64,000 nt of DNA from an uncultured Gammaproteobacteria bacterium (GTDB taxonomy: Bacteria; Pseudomonadota; Gammaproteobacteria; SZUA-229): contig CAWDMF010000006.1 in NCBI GenBank assembly GCA_963803185.1, positions 22,779-86,778 of the forward strand, given 5' to 3'. A program made the translations under genes and the position numbers. This document shows positions 63,289 to 64,000 of the stretch, piece after piece; within the stretch, counting starts at the first letter, position 1, and each line of letters begins with the position of its first letter. The notes beneath the pieces are model-generated. The model saw only the letters and a program-made list of their open reading frames with translations. It had not been told where the DNA came from and made no database searches.

Positions 63289-63906
63289 TCAAAGCCCATG
63301 TTCCTTGCCTTTGCCATGGCGGCGAATTACCGGTACCTCGTCAGTCAACTTAATAACCGTAGTCGGCTCTATGCCACAATGACCGCCGTCAATAATTAAG
63401 TCCACCTGCTTGTCCAGCTGTGCACGAATATCTTCTGCATCCGTCACCGGTAAATCTTCACCCGGCATAATCAGGGTGCAGGTCATTAAAGGTTCTCCCA
63501 GTTCTTCCAGTAAAGCATTCACCACCGGATGATCCATGACACGCAATCCTATATGGCGGCGCTTGGGATGCATCAACCGTCTGGGCACCTCAGTTGTTCC
63601 AGGCAGGATAAAAGTATATGGCCCGGGTGTTAGTGATTTAAGCAATCGATAGTCAGTGTTGCTAATTTTTGCGTAAGTCGCAATTTCAGACAAATCACGG
63701 CAAACCAACGTTAAATTATGCTTATCGTCAACTTTTCGGATGCGACGCAAGCGCGTGACTGCATTCTTATCACCGATATGACAGCCCAGTGCATAACTGG
63801 AATCAGTCGGATACACAATCACCCCGCCCTTATGGATAATTTCAACCGCCTGTTTGATCAAACGCTTTTGAGGATTGTCAGGGTGGATTTCAAAATACTG
63901 GCTCAT
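63289..63906 (-). CDS. YrdC/YciO/Sua5-family protein (L-threonylcarbamoyladenylate synthase-like); start likely Met 63906
   Basis: IYPTDSSYALGC...KHNLTLVCRDLSE...TPGPYTFIL...HIGLRV are YrdC-fold motifs. Confidence 0.75.
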   Translation of the reverse strand: MSQYFEIHPDNPQKRLIKQAVEIIHKGGVIVYPTDSSYALGCHIGDKNAVTRLRRIRKVDDKHNLTLVCRDLSEIATYAKISNTDYRLLKSLTPGPYTFILPGTTEVPRRLMHPKRRHIGLRVMDHPVVNALLEELGEPLMTCTLIMPGEDLPVTDAEDIRAQLDKQVDLIIDGGHCGIEPTTVIKLTDEVPVIRRHGKGKEHGL

Positions 63907-64000
63907 AAACTGGAATTTTACACTGTTATTTAAAATTAATAAAAAATGAATAACGCACTGCATCGTTCCCCGGCAGTTGCCTCGGAGCAAATATCTGCCC

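Overview
This window is a gene-dense gammaproteobacterial chromosomal segment, roughly 40% GC by eye, that is mostly core housekeeping with classical synteny (dnaB-alr, rpsF-rpsR-membrane-rplI, divergent rne/rluC, smc-zipA-ligA, scpA-scpB-rluB, yrdC-M50-trpS). I found no rRNA, tRNA, CRISPR array, transposase, integrase or phage genes. The signalling content is a CHASE2-Ser/Thr kinase + PP2C phosphatase + 3'-truncated FHA gene, and a TonB-dependent receptor followed by a PF04392-type binding protein, a sensor histidine kinase and a REC-Hpt phosphorelay protein. Three things are not explained by ordinary annotation. (1) The window is littered with intergenic palindromic elements in at least three families: five copies with arms TGTCCACAGATGAACGCAAATGAACGCAAAT, three with arms CACAGAGACACAGAG, and one about 570-bp structured element bounded by 17-bp terminal inverted repeats whose 47-bp 'solo hairpin' version occurs 21 kb away. 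(2) A segmental duplication of about 235 bp (the rlmD 5' end plus a family-1 element) sits exactly at the point where the FHA gene is cut short. (3) There are several single-nucleotide frameshifts in genes that are normally intact (fdxA, alr, scpB, the PF04392 binding protein, possibly rne and the 5' end of an M48 peptidase). A perfect heptanucleotide repeat tract lies 14 bp upstream of cysZ. I did not find a convincing novel defence or toxin system; the repeat biology and the duplication-associated truncation are the most interesting features.
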